Positions 38,120 to 46,647 of a stretch of 64,000 nt of DNA are shown one piece after another. The notes beneath the pieces were generated by a model. It was given only the letters and a program-made list of their open reading frames with translations. It did no database searches and had not been told where the DNA came from. The translations under genes and the position numbers were made by a program. The stretch's first letter is position 1; each line of letters begins with the position of its first letter. This DNA comes from Clostridia bacterium (lineage in GTDB: Bacteria > Bacillota > Clostridia > TANB77 > CAG-508), in contig JBKXSZ010000005.1 of the NCBI GenBank assembly GCA_047017005.1, positions 6,934 through 70,933 on the forward strand, given 5' to 3'.

Positions 38120-39406
38120 TTAATTTTTTGGTACAATCTTTTCTAAACCACCCATATATGGCCTTAATACTTTTGGAATATTGACACTACCATCTTCTTG
38201 ATAGTTATTTTCTAATAGAGCGATTAACATACGAGGAGGCGCAACTACTGTATTATTTAATGTATGTGCAAAATAATTACCATTTTCACCTTTTATACGA
38301 ATACCAAGTCTTCTTGCTTGAGCATCTGTTAAATTAGAGCAACTTCCTACTTCAAAATATTTTTGCTGTCTTGGACTCCATGCTTCTACATCAACACTTT
38401 TCGTTTTTAAATCAGCTAAATCACCGCTACAGCATTCCAAGGTACGAACAGGAACTTCCATAGAACGGAATAATTCCACAGTGTATGACCACATTTTATC
38501 ATACCAATCTTTACTATCTTCTGGTTCACAAACTACAATCATTTCTTGTTTCTCAAATTGATGAATACGATAAACACCACGTTCTTCAATACCATGTGCT
38601 CCTTTTTCCTTCCTAAAACAAGGAGAATAAGATGTCATGGTATAAGGAAGGTCTTGCTTAGAAAGAATTTGGTCTTTAAACTTACCAATCATAGAATGTT
38701 CACTAGTACCAATTAAATATAAATCTTCTCCCTCAATTTTGTACATCATAGCATCCATTTCTTCAAAACTCATAACACCGGTAACAACATCTGCTCGAAT
38801 CATATAAGGAGGAATACAGTAAGTAAATCCCTTTTCAATCATAAAATCTCTAGCATAGGAAAGGACAGCAGAGTGTAATCGAGCGACATCTCCCATCAAA
38901 TAGTAGAAGCCATTTCCAGCTACTCTTCTTGCAGCATCTAAATCAAGTCCACCTAATTTTTCCATAATCTTTCCATGATATGGAATTTCATAAGATGGTA
39001 CAATAGGTTCCCCGTATTTTTGTAATTCTACATTTTTGCTATCATCTTCACCAATAGGTACAGTAGGGTCAATGATATTAGGAATACGCATCATACGAGT
39101 CCTGATTTCTTCACTATAAGTTGCTTCTAAAGCTTCATTTTTTTCTAACGTTTCGTTAATCGCATGTACTTCTTGCTTTATCTTTTCAGCTTCTTCTTTT
39201 TGGCCTTTTTGCATTAACATTCCAATTTGAGAACTTAGAGATTTACGTTTTGCACGAAGTTCATCTCCTTTTAATTTAGCTTCTCTATTTTTTTTATCTA
39301 ATTCAATTACTTCGTCTACTAAAGGAAGTTTATTATCCTGAAATTTCTTTTTTATATTTTCCTTTACTAATTCTGGATTTTCTCTTACAAATTTAATATC
39401 TAACAA
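38120..39406 (-). CDS. serS: serine--tRNA ligase
   Basis: MLDIKFVRENPELVKENIKKKF..., plus class II motifs. The TTG at 39406 gives the canonical MLDIK start with 9-nt spacing from AAAGG. The track ATG at 39415 abuts the RBS. Confidence 0.9.
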   Translation of the reverse strand: MLDIKFVRENPELVKENIKKKFQDNKLPLVDEVIELDKKNREAKLKGDELRAKRKSLSSQIGMLMQKGQKEEAEKIKQEVHAINETLEKNEALEATYSEEIRTRMMRIPNIIDPTVPIGEDDSKNVELQKYGEPIVPSYEIPYHGKIMEKLGGLDLDAARRVAGNGFYYLMGDVARLHSAVLSYARDFMIEKGFTYCIPPYMIRADVVTGVMSFEEMDAMMYKIEGEDLYLIGTSEHSMIGKFKDQILSKQDLPYTMTSYSPCFRKEKGAHGIEERGVYRIHQFEKQEMIVVCEPEDSKDWYDKMWSYTVELFRSMEVPVRTLECCSGDLADLKTKSVDVEAWSPRQQKYFEVGSCSNLTDAQARRLGIRIKGENGNYFAHTLNNTVVAPPRMLIALLENNYQEDGSVNIPKVLRPYMGGLEKIVPKN

Positions 39407-39423
39407 TAGTATCATCCTTTCTT

Positions 39424-39684
39424 TTATTTTGTATAATCTTTAGACAAATCCTCTACTAATTCAAAGCGATAAGTTTGCCCTGTTATATTATCTTTTCTAT
39501 CCTTATCAATTGCCTCTAAAAACATGGATTCAGGTCTTACCCAAATTTGACTGTCTGTTCTATCATATAGGGATTTATACACAACATAAATTTCTTTTGT
39601 CTCGGAATGTTTGGCAACATTTTCTACAAAATAGTAATTTCCTTTAAAATGACGATATACTTTTCCGATTTTGACATGCTCCAT
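39424..39684 (-). CDS. DUF1653 domain protein
   Basis: 86 aa, YRHFKGNYYFVENVAKHSETKEIYVVYKSLY...WVRPESMF. Confidence 0.8.
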   Translation of the reverse strand: MEHVKIGKVYRHFKGNYYFVENVAKHSETKEIYVVYKSLYDRTDSQIWVRPESMFLEAIDKDRKDNITGQTYRFELVEDLSKDYTK

Positions 39685-39721
39685 TTTATCAACCTCTTTC
39701 TAGAAATAGGAAAAGCAACAT

Positions 39722-39950
39722 AAAAAAAGCCCTTATGAAAAATATCATAAGGACGAATGTAATCCGCGGTGCCACCTTATCTGATAGAAAAAATCTATCC
39801 ACTCTTAGGAAACAAATAGCGATAACCTGCTACGAACCGGTTTAGTTTTCACTAAAAAGCTTTGTAAGGAGATTCCTAAAATTTTCTTTATTTACTCACA
39901 CCAACCGTAAACTCTCTTGAAAAGAAAAGAGAAGTACTAGTCTTACATCA
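39722..39950 (-). promoter_or_regulatory. T-box riboswitch leader, serine specifier
   Basis: On the minus strand: stem I base tgtaag/cttaca, AGAGA box, and a specifier loop ggaaUCUcc with UCU at 39872-39870 and an overlapping UCC. The T-box sequence is GGTGGCACCGCGG (39776-39764). The terminator is ccttatga/tcataagg plus a T-run. Confidence 0.8.
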
Positions 39951-40258
39951 AACGCTTACCTTTTATGATTTCTTTACCTATTTTTTATATTTTAACCATT
40001 TTAACATGAAACATACTATTTTTCAAGTAGAGAAAATTAAAATATGTTTACTATCCATTTTTAATGGAAGCATAAAAATATATGAAAACAAAAGATAAAA
40101 AAAGTAGTTAGGAAAATTACGAAAATAGCATTGGTTATAACGATTATAGTTTATTGAACAATATACAATTGGTATTATTTTAGAATTGGAGGGCATTAAA
40201 ATAACAGAAAATAGCATAAGAGAAGCAAAAAAGGAAATACTTTCTAATAGGTGATGAT

Positions 40259-41107
40259 ATGAAATTAATATGGGAAATGATTCAATTTTTAGTATATTCT
40301 CTACTCGTTGTAGGAATTGCAAAATATATATTGGTCCCAATTTTAAGAAAACTAGGAGAAAGCTTGAATTTAAAACCAAAAACCATTGGTTTTATAGCAG
40401 GAATTGCAACATCTGTGCCAGAGCTGTTAACGGTTTCCTTTTCGGCCTTTTCGGGGCTAATTGAAGCGAGTAGCTATAATATTTTAAGTTCTAACATTAT
40501 CAATACGATTCAATATACAGCAAGTATTGCCTTAAATAAAAATGGAAAAAAGGTAAGACATCCAGCTATTATAGTAGCACTTGTTTTTGTGGTAATTACT
40601 ATTATAATTCCACTGCTTCTTTTACTTTGGAAAATAGATATGAAGTTTTACTTAGTACCTATTTTTCTTATTTCGTTTGTTATTATATATTTTATCGATA
40701 GAAGAGTATATTTATTCTATTTTAAGAATTTAAAAACAGAGGAAGAAAAAGAAATTGAAGAAGAAGAAAAGAAAATGAGAGGAAAGGAAAAAATAACAAT
40801 CTTGTATGCTATTTTTCTTTTACTTTCTAGTATTGCTCTTTTTGTAGTTGGGAATTTGTTAGGAGGTACATTAGAAAATTTATGCTACTATTTCCATATA
40901 CCAGAAGTAATCATTGGAATTTTATTAGGCTTTGTTACAAGTTTACCAGAATTAATTACTTTCTTAGAGTCACAAAAACACTATAAAAAGGAGATAGATC
41001 AAATTGCTGGTGTAGTGGAAGCAACTAATAATTTATTAACTTCCAATTTATTAAATTTATTTATTATTCAAGCTAGTGGAATTACAATATATACGTTACT
41101 ACATTAA
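40259..41107 (+). CDS. Ca2+/cation antiporter (CaCA, YrbG-like) family membrane protein
   Basis: Two alpha-repeat motifs, ATSVPELLT and VTSLPELIT. 282 aa, multi-TM. Confidence 0.8.
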   Translation: MKLIWEMIQFLVYSLLVVGIAKYILVPILRKLGESLNLKPKTIGFIAGIATSVPELLTVSFSAFSGLIEASSYNILSSNIINTIQYTASIALNKNGKKVRHPAIIVALVFVVITIIIPLLLLLWKIDMKFYLVPIFLISFVIIYFIDRRVYLFYFKNLKTEEEKEIEEEEKKMRGKEKITILYAIFLLLSSIALFVVGNLLGGTLENLCYYFHIPEVIIGILLGFVTSLPELITFLESQKHYKKEIDQIAGVVEATNNLLTSNLLNLFIIQASGITIYTLLH

Positions 41108-41199
41108 AATAGACAAATACAAAATATTCAAGAATAGGAATAAATAGGAAATAATATGCATATACTAATAACAGGAATCATAAGAAAAGGAGAAGAGAT

Positions 41200-41487
41200 A
41201 TGAGACAAGAATATTACATAAAAGAGACTGTTATTAGAGAAAAAGAAGAAAATGAAAAAGATGAGGAATTAATGGAAAGCGTAATAAAAACAAAATTAGA
41301 GTTAGAAAATGCAACTAAAAACTTTGAATATGCAGAAGGAGATTTAATTGACTATTATTCTTATCAAATAAAAGCAAACCAAGCTAAATTAGATTATTTA
41401 TTAAAAAAAGTAAAAAAGCGTGGTTTAGTGTTAGATATGATAAATGAAATTAGTCTTCGTTTAGATAGAGAAGATGAAGTAGGATAA
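41200..41487 (+). CDS. DUF2508 (YaaL) family protein
   Basis: 95 aa, ...ELENATKNFEYAEGDLIDYYSYQIKANQAKLDYLLKKVKK. Confidence 0.7.
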   Translation: MRQEYYIKETVIREKEENEKDEELMESVIKTKLELENATKNFEYAEGDLIDYYSYQIKANQAKLDYLLKKVKKRGLVLDMINEISLRLDREDEVG

Positions 41488-41550
41488 AAATAGTCATATT
41501 TGTACTAGCTCTCACATACGATAGTGGTAAAGGAAAAAGGGTGATGACAA

Positions 41551-41815
41551 ATGGATTTTAATACCATTATTGCATATTTAGCTGGAATTAGTATTATTTT
41601 TATCTTAGGAAAAATTTTTATTTTACCACTAAAAAATATAGGAAAATTAATTTTAAACTCTATTTTACGGAGGAGTTTGTATCTATGTTATTAATCTAAT
41701 AGGAGGAATGTTTGGGTTCCATATTGGATTAAATATTGTAACTTCTCTTGTAATTGGTATTCTGGGTGTGCCAGGAGCTGCGTTGTTAGTGATTTTAAAA
41801 TTAATTATGGGGTAA
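41551..41815 (+). pseudogene. bofA: pro-sigma-K processing inhibitor BofA, interrupted by a +1 frameshift at CGG 41668-41670
   Basis: The zero frame gives MDFNTIIAYLAGISIIFILGKIFILPLKNIGKLILNSILRRSLYLCY and then a stop. Skipping C41668 gives ...LNSIL-G-GVCIYVINLIGGMFGFHIGLNIVTSLVIGILGVPGAALLVILKLIMG, 87 aa in total. That is the BofA length and motif (LG.PG). Confidence 0.75.
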
Positions 41816-41962
41816 AGGACGAGAAATCGTTCTTTTTTGTTGTATTAGAAGAGAAATATAAAAAAGGAGTATAGAAGTAGGAAAAACAGAAAAACTAAAA
41901 TAAGATAACAAAATAGAAGAAAAATAAAAAGAAAGAAAGAAGAAAGGAAAAAAGAAATTAAA

Positions 41963-42985
41963 ATGTTTAAGCCAGATAGAATTTTATTTGAACAAGATGC
42001 ATTAACCTATCCAAAAGGGGAAAAGCTTTATCAAGAGTTTAAAGAAAAAGGAGAAAAAATAGAGATATTAAATACTGCAAATCGAGTGACATCCATCCCA
42101 GGAGAGAATAAAAGAGAAAAATATGAAAATGCAAAAAAAACATTAGTAGTAGGGGTTCGTAAGACATTAAAATTTGAAAATTGTAAGCCATCAGCACATT
42201 ATCAATTACCGTTAGTAACAGGATGTATGGGGATGTGTGAGTATTGTTATCTAAATACCAATTTAGCTACGAGGTCATATATTCGTGTGTATGTTAATAC
42301 AGATGAAATTTTAGAAAAAGCAAAAGAATATATAGAAGAAAGAAGTCCAGAGATTACCATATTTGAAGGCGCGGCTACTTCAGACCCTACACCAGTAGAG
42401 GAGTACACACATAATTTAGCAGATACCATTACTTTTTTGGGAGAAGAAGAAAAAGGGAGATTCCGCTTTGTAACCAAATATCCCTATATTGATAGTTTAC
42501 TATCTTTGAATCATAATGGACATACTGAAATACGTTTTAGTTTAAATACCCAGTATATTATTAAAGAATATGAGCATAAAACAGCTAGTATGCAGAAAAG
42601 AATAGAAGCAATAGGAAAAGTGAAAAAGGCAGGTTATCCTGTTGGGGTCATTTTAGCGCCAGTGTTTTTCTATGAGAATTGGAAGGAGGAATATCTAGAG
42701 CTATTAAAGACATTAAAGGGGGAGCTAGAAAAGAAAAATTTAGGAACGGATATTTCTTTTGAGATTATTACACATCGCTATACGCTAAATGCAAAAAATA
42801 AAATTCAAGAATTCTATCCAGAAACTACTTTACCAATGAAAGAAGAAGAAAGAAGATTTCAATATGGACAATTTGGCTATGGAAAATATCTATATCCAAA
42901 AGAAAAGATAGAAGAAGCAAAACAGTTTTTTCAAAAAGAAATAGAAACATTGTTTACAGATGCTAAAATTTTGTATATGATATAA
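41963..42985 (+). CDS. splB: spore photoproduct lyase
   Basis: 340 aa with the radical-SAM cluster motif GCMGMCEYCYL. SplB-like throughout. Confidence 0.9.
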   Translation: MFKPDRILFEQDALTYPKGEKLYQEFKEKGEKIEILNTANRVTSIPGENKREKYENAKKTLVVGVRKTLKFENCKPSAHYQLPLVTGCMGMCEYCYLNTNLATRSYIRVYVNTDEILEKAKEYIEERSPEITIFEGAATSDPTPVEEYTHNLADTITFLGEEEKGRFRFVTKYPYIDSLLSLNHNGHTEIRFSLNTQYIIKEYEHKTASMQKRIEAIGKVKKAGYPVGVILAPVFFYENWKEEYLELLKTLKGELEKKNLGTDISFEIITHRYTLNAKNKIQEFYPETTLPMKEEERRFQYGQFGYGKYLYPKEKIEEAKQFFQKEIETLFTDAKILYMI

Positions 42986-43055
42986 GAAGAAATAAAACGT
43001 AAAAATGAGAATAAAAAGGGAAAAAATAAATAAGTACTAATATGGGAGGTAAAAA

Positions 43056-43577
43056 ATGGATCAAAAGGCATTATTTCCATTTTCATATGGAGTATATATT
43101 ATTGCAGCACAAGAGGAGAATAACTTTTCTGGTTGTATCATAAACACAGCAACACAAATTACAGCAGAGGAGTACCCAAAACTAATTGTGGCAATAAATA
43201 AAGAAAACTATACACACCAACTAATACACAAAGCAAAAAAAGCGAATATATCGGTGTTATCACAAAATGCACCATTTGAGCTAATCGGAAGATTTGGATT
43301 TCGAAATGGAAGAGAATATAATAAATTAAAAAATAGTGAATATAAAATAGGAAAGAACCAAATGCCAATTATTACAGAACATGCTGTTTCATATATAGAA
43401 TGTGATGTATTAGAAGAAATTGATTGTAATACCCATACCATTTTTATCTTAGAGATGAAAGAGGGGGAAAAATTAATTGAAGAACCTGCTATGACTTATG
43501 AATATTATCATACGGTATTAAAAGGATTTACTCCTAAAAAGGCTTCTACGTATAACGAAGAGAAAAACAAAAAATAG
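43056..43577 (+). CDS. flavin reductase-like FMN-binding domain protein
   Basis: 173 aa, FPFSYGVYIIAAQEENNFSGCIINTATQI... Confidence 0.7.
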   Translation: MDQKALFPFSYGVYIIAAQEENNFSGCIINTATQITAEEYPKLIVAINKENYTHQLIHKAKKANISVLSQNAPFELIGRFGFRNGREYNKLKNSEYKIGKNQMPIITEHAVSYIECDVLEEIDCNTHTIFILEMKEGEKLIEEPAMTYEYYHTVLKGFTPKKASTYNEEKNKK

Positions 43578-43621
43578 AAATTAAAACCTAAAAATAGAAA
43601 GGAAGTATTTAAATTTTCTTT

Positions 43622-43786
43622 CTATTTTTCTATCTCTATAGTCATTAAAGTACTATTCAATTCTACTACTTTTTTTACTACTACTTTTTTTAATTCTTCT
43701 GGAATATCATCTGCATTCCCTTCATAGATAACATCTTCGCCAGCTAATACTTTAATAGAATATCTACGAATAGCTCCTAATATCAT
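43622..43786 (-). CDS. small hypothetical protein (54 aa)
   Basis: GAGGTGA lies 6 nt before the ATG. MILGAIRRYSIKVLAGEDVIYEGNADDIPEELKKVVVKKVVELNSTLMTIEIEK. Not in the track. Confidence 0.4.
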   Translation of the reverse strand: MILGAIRRYSIKVLAGEDVIYEGNADDIPEELKKVVVKKVVELNSTLMTIEIEK

Positions 43787-43860
43787 AGTCTATCACCTCA
43801 CCTAATAACAAGATACATCAAAAAGAATAGAAAATCAAGATAAAAATACAATTAAAAATA

Positions 43861-43968
43861 TTGACTTTTTGTAAGAAAAAGATTATACTAAAAATAGCCT
43901 AATAGCCAAATGGGGGCTAAGTAAGGGAAAGAGAGAAAGTAGGATAAATACTTTCTCTCTTTAGTTTT
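43861..43968 (+). ncRNA. candidate small RNA (promoter plus terminator unit, no ORF)
   Basis: TTGACT (43861-66), 17-nt spacer, TATACT (43884-89). This is followed about 40 nt later by an 11-bp perfect hairpin agagagaaagt/actttctctct (43930-43960) and ttagtttt. Confidence 0.3.
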
Positions 43969-43973
43969 AATTT

Positions 43974-45500
43974 TTAGTTTTTATTTTTTTTACTATAAAA
44001 ACCATGTACTTTTTTAATAGGAAATAGCACATTACTAATTAGTAAGAAGAATAAATAGAATATAATAAAAACACTAATTTGTAAAACTAAAGAACTAATA
44101 TCAACAATAGGAGAAAAGGGCAATATTTTTATTAACCAGTGGGAAAAAAGAATCGAAAAGATAGGTTTTATTATCCAATTCTTAAAAGAAATTTTGAAAT
44201 GAGTAGCTCTCCATAATTGCCAAATACTAATTCCAGAATTTAAAATTTCTGAAATAAAGATGACACATAAATATCCATAAATCCCAAAGATAGGTAGTAA
44301 AAAATAAATAGAAACAACACTAACAAAGGAATCTAGTAAATTACAGAACATAACACCAAGCTGTTTATCAATGCCTTTTAAAATACAATCTACAGCATTA
44401 TCTAAATACATTAAGATAATTAAAGGACATAGAATTTTTAAGTAAGTTGCAATTTCTAAGTCATGATAAATTGCCTCTGCTAAAGGTTCTGCAAAGAAGA
44501 GAAAGACTCCAATTATTCCGATAGAGAATAAAAGGGATATTTTAAAAATTTTTGTAATAATGTATTGAATAGAATTGGTGGCTTTTTTGGCAAAATAGTA
44601 AGAAAACTCAGGAATAAGTAAACTGCTAAAAGAGTTAATAACAACTTCAGGAAACATTATCATGGGAAGAACCATTCCATTTATTTTTCCATAGCTAGCA
44701 AGTGCAGTATCACAGGAAAGTCCAGATTTTTCTAATCTTGCGGGAATCATAATTTGCTTTAAAGAAGAGAGTCCAGAACGTAGATAAGAGGTAATGGAAA
44801 TTGGAATGGTAATGTGCAATAAACGTTTGGTATATGATTTGTTTTCTACGGGATATACATTTTTTCTGATATCAATTCGATAAAGTATCCAAACAAAAAG
44901 GAAAGACATTATCTCAGATATTGTTTCTCCTAAAACAAGAGCAAGACAAGCATAGAAAATACCAGGAGGAAAAAGCAGAACTAAGAAATAGCATGTGGAT
45001 ACAATTTTAATAAACTGTTCAAAAACTCGAGTAGCAGCATTTTTGGTCGCCTTTCGAAGTGCTGTGAAGTATCCATTTAAACTAGCGGACATGGCAATAA
45101 AAGGAAGGGAAAAAGCGATAATATATAGAATAGCAGGAGTTAATTTATCATGTAATACTGCTTGTGTAAGAAAAGGAGAAGCAAGGCAAAGTAGAAGGCA
45201 GGCAAAAGAACCTAATAAAAGGCTATAAATTAAACAGTGTCGTATTATTTGTTTACTATTAAAGTTAGGATTAAGAGCAAGCTCTTCTGCTACCATCTTA
45301 GAAGCGGCAAGATTAATACCAGAGGTAGCAAGTGTAATAGTAAACAAATAAATGGCCATTACTAATTGAAAGGTACCAACTGCTTCTGCACCAACTTTGT
45401 TTGAGATATATACATTAAAAGAAACGCCTACTGTTCGCATTAGTAAGGAAGTAAGCGTAATTAAAATGCCATTTGCAAAAAATACTTTATATCTTCTCAT
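43974..45500 (-). CDS. spoVB: SpoVB/MurJ-type (MOP superfamily) oligosaccharide flippase
   Basis: 508 aa with about 14 TM segments. N-terminus FANGILITLTSLLMRTVGVSFNVYISNKVGAEAVGTFQL. The spoVB assignment rests on family resemblance only. Confidence 0.65.
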   Translation of the reverse strand: MRRYKVFFANGILITLTSLLMRTVGVSFNVYISNKVGAEAVGTFQLVMAIYLFTITLATSGINLAASKMVAEELALNPNFNSKQIIRHCLIYSLLLGSFACLLLCLASPFLTQAVLHDKLTPAILYIIAFSLPFIAMSASLNGYFTALRKATKNAATRVFEQFIKIVSTCYFLVLLFPPGIFYACLALVLGETISEIMSFLFVWILYRIDIRKNVYPVENKSYTKRLLHITIPISITSYLRSGLSSLKQIMIPARLEKSGLSCDTALASYGKINGMVLPMIMFPEVVINSFSSLLIPEFSYYFAKKATNSIQYIITKIFKISLLFSIGIIGVFLFFAEPLAEAIYHDLEIATYLKILCPLIILMYLDNAVDCILKGIDKQLGVMFCNLLDSFVSVVSIYFLLPIFGIYGYLCVIFISEILNSGISIWQLWRATHFKISFKNWIIKPIFSILFSHWLIKILPFSPIVDISSLVLQISVFIIFYLFFLLISNVLFPIKKVHGFYSKKNKN

Positions 45501-45560
45501 TGTTTAACTCCTATCTTCCATTTTATGAGGAAGATAAAAAAATATGAGAAGATATAAAGT
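45484..45560. repeat. 17-bp perfect inverted repeat spanning the spoVB-like start codon
   Basis: actttatatcttctcat (45484-45500) and atgagaagatataaagt (45544-45560). A nested 8-bp hairpin tatcttcc/ggaagata lies in the 43-nt spacer. Confidence 0.85.
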
Positions 45561-45590
45561 TAGCAAAAAATATATGAAAATCCAAAGAAG

Positions 45591-45630
45591 TTGACATAAA
45601 CTGAAGATATGATATAATTATCATATCTTC
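45591..45630 (+). promoter_or_regulatory. promoter module 1 (TTGACA-16-TGATATAAT) with a 12-bp palindrome over the -10
   Basis: TTGACA at 45591-96 and TATAAT at 45613-18. Palindrome gaagatatgata-taat-tatcatatcttc at 45603-45630. Related modules lie at 46032-46052 and 46282-46302. Confidence 0.6.
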
Positions 45631-45658
45631 AGTAGAAAATGGAAAGGAGAAGATTGAA

Positions 45659-45997
45659 ATGACAGAAGTAACACGAGACGAATTTCTGCTTCCAGAAGAA
45701 TTGCGGAACTATTTGGCAGAAAAGATTGTTGCTAGATAAGGAGAAGAGGTTTATATTTCCATACAATCAATGGTGGAATTTCCTAAAAGATTAGCGGATT
45801 ACTTGCTACAATGGATGGAACATTCTATAACTGAAACAGATACGTTATTTGCATTTATACTAAATAGCGATGAATTAGAGGGCATTAAAAAGAGCGAACA
45901 ATACCTGGAAAAGATGGAGTATGATAGTAATCATAAAATTGCATTTTTTTACTTCCTTAATCCGCAAAACTATGTAAAAGAAGTATTAGAAGTCTAG
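45659..45997 (+). pseudogene. orphan ORF of 112 codons interrupted by one in-frame TAA (45737-45739), or alternatively two small ORFs
   Basis: MTEVTRDEFLLPEELRNYLAEKIVAR-stop-GEEVYISIQSMVEFPKRLADYLLQWMEHS... The 26-codon ORF (RBS GGAAAGGAG) and the 75-aa track ORF (45770..45997) are in the same frame. Confidence 0.4.
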
Positions 45998-46031
45998 AAA
46001 TTAGGCTTCTCTTTTTTTGGTATTTTACGAA

Positions 46032-46052
46032 TTAACATAAATATGATATAAT
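46032..46052 (+). promoter_or_regulatory. promoter module 2 (ttaacataaatatgatataat)
   Basis: 20 of 21 nt identical to module 3. Contains the extended -10 TGATATAAT. Confidence 0.55.
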
Positions 46053-46094
46053 ATAAAAGAAGATGCTGTGCATCTAGTAAAAGGAGAAATGAAA

Positions 46095-46199
46095 ATGACA
46101 GAAAAAGAAGAGAAAACAACAGACGTTTTGAAAGAGGAGATTGAAAAAATCAACAAAGAAGAAGCGCGGCGTGAGACCATGACAGCAGGTTCTTACTGA
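46095..46199 (+). CDS. small orphan ORF (34 aa)
   Basis: AAGGAG lies 8 nt before the ATG. MTEKEEKTTDVLKEEIEKINKEEARRETMTAGSY. Terminator at 46213-46241. Confidence 0.35.
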   Translation: MTEKEEKTTDVLKEEIEKINKEEARRETMTAGSY

Positions 46200-46281
46200 T
46201 TTTTCTCTGGAGGGATTTAAAGTAATTTAAATCCTTTTCTTATGCGATAAAATTTATCAGAATTTGTCTGCATTTTACTAC

Positions 46282-46302
46282 TTGACATAAATGTGATATA
46301 AT
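46282..46302 (+). promoter_or_regulatory. promoter module 3 (ttgacataaatgtgatataat)
   Basis: See module 2. Confidence 0.55.
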
Positions 46303-46350
46303 AAAGAAGATGATGGAAGTAACATCAGTGTAGAAGGAGGAAATATTGAA

Positions 46351-46647
46351 ATGGCAAACACGAAAGAAGAACTAGAAGAAATGTTTCGGAAAGAATTAGG
46401 GATGACTAAAGTCTCTATTACGTTGATGGGTGAAGTTGTTCTTTATGAAAATTCTGAAAAAAAGGCAATAGCCAAAGTAAAAAAGGCAATTGAAAAGTGG
46501 GATATGAAAGGTAAAGAATTACATATCACAATTGTAGACCGATATCATAACATCATACAAGCAGATTTAATTGGAGAATACAACAATCGGGTTAATGTTA
46601 TGCTGGATTTGAACAATGCCAAACAAAAAATGCAAAGAGGAGCTTGA
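46351..46647 (+). CDS. hypothetical protein (98 aa)
   Basis: GAAGGAGG RBS. MANTKEELEEMFRKELGMTKVSITLMGEVVLYENSEKK... Terminator at 46716-46747. No family recognised. Confidence 0.55.
   Translation: MANTKEELEEMFRKELGMTKVSITLMGEVVLYENSEKKAIAKVKKAIEKWDMKGKELHITIVDRYHNIIQADLIGEYNNRVNVMLDLNNAKQKMQRGA

Noticed and set aside
40023-40379. 118-aa minus-strand ORF overlapping the start of the CaCA antiporter gene.
   Set aside because: No RBS and low-complexity hydrophobic translation. It overlaps a well-supported plus-strand gene and its upstream region.
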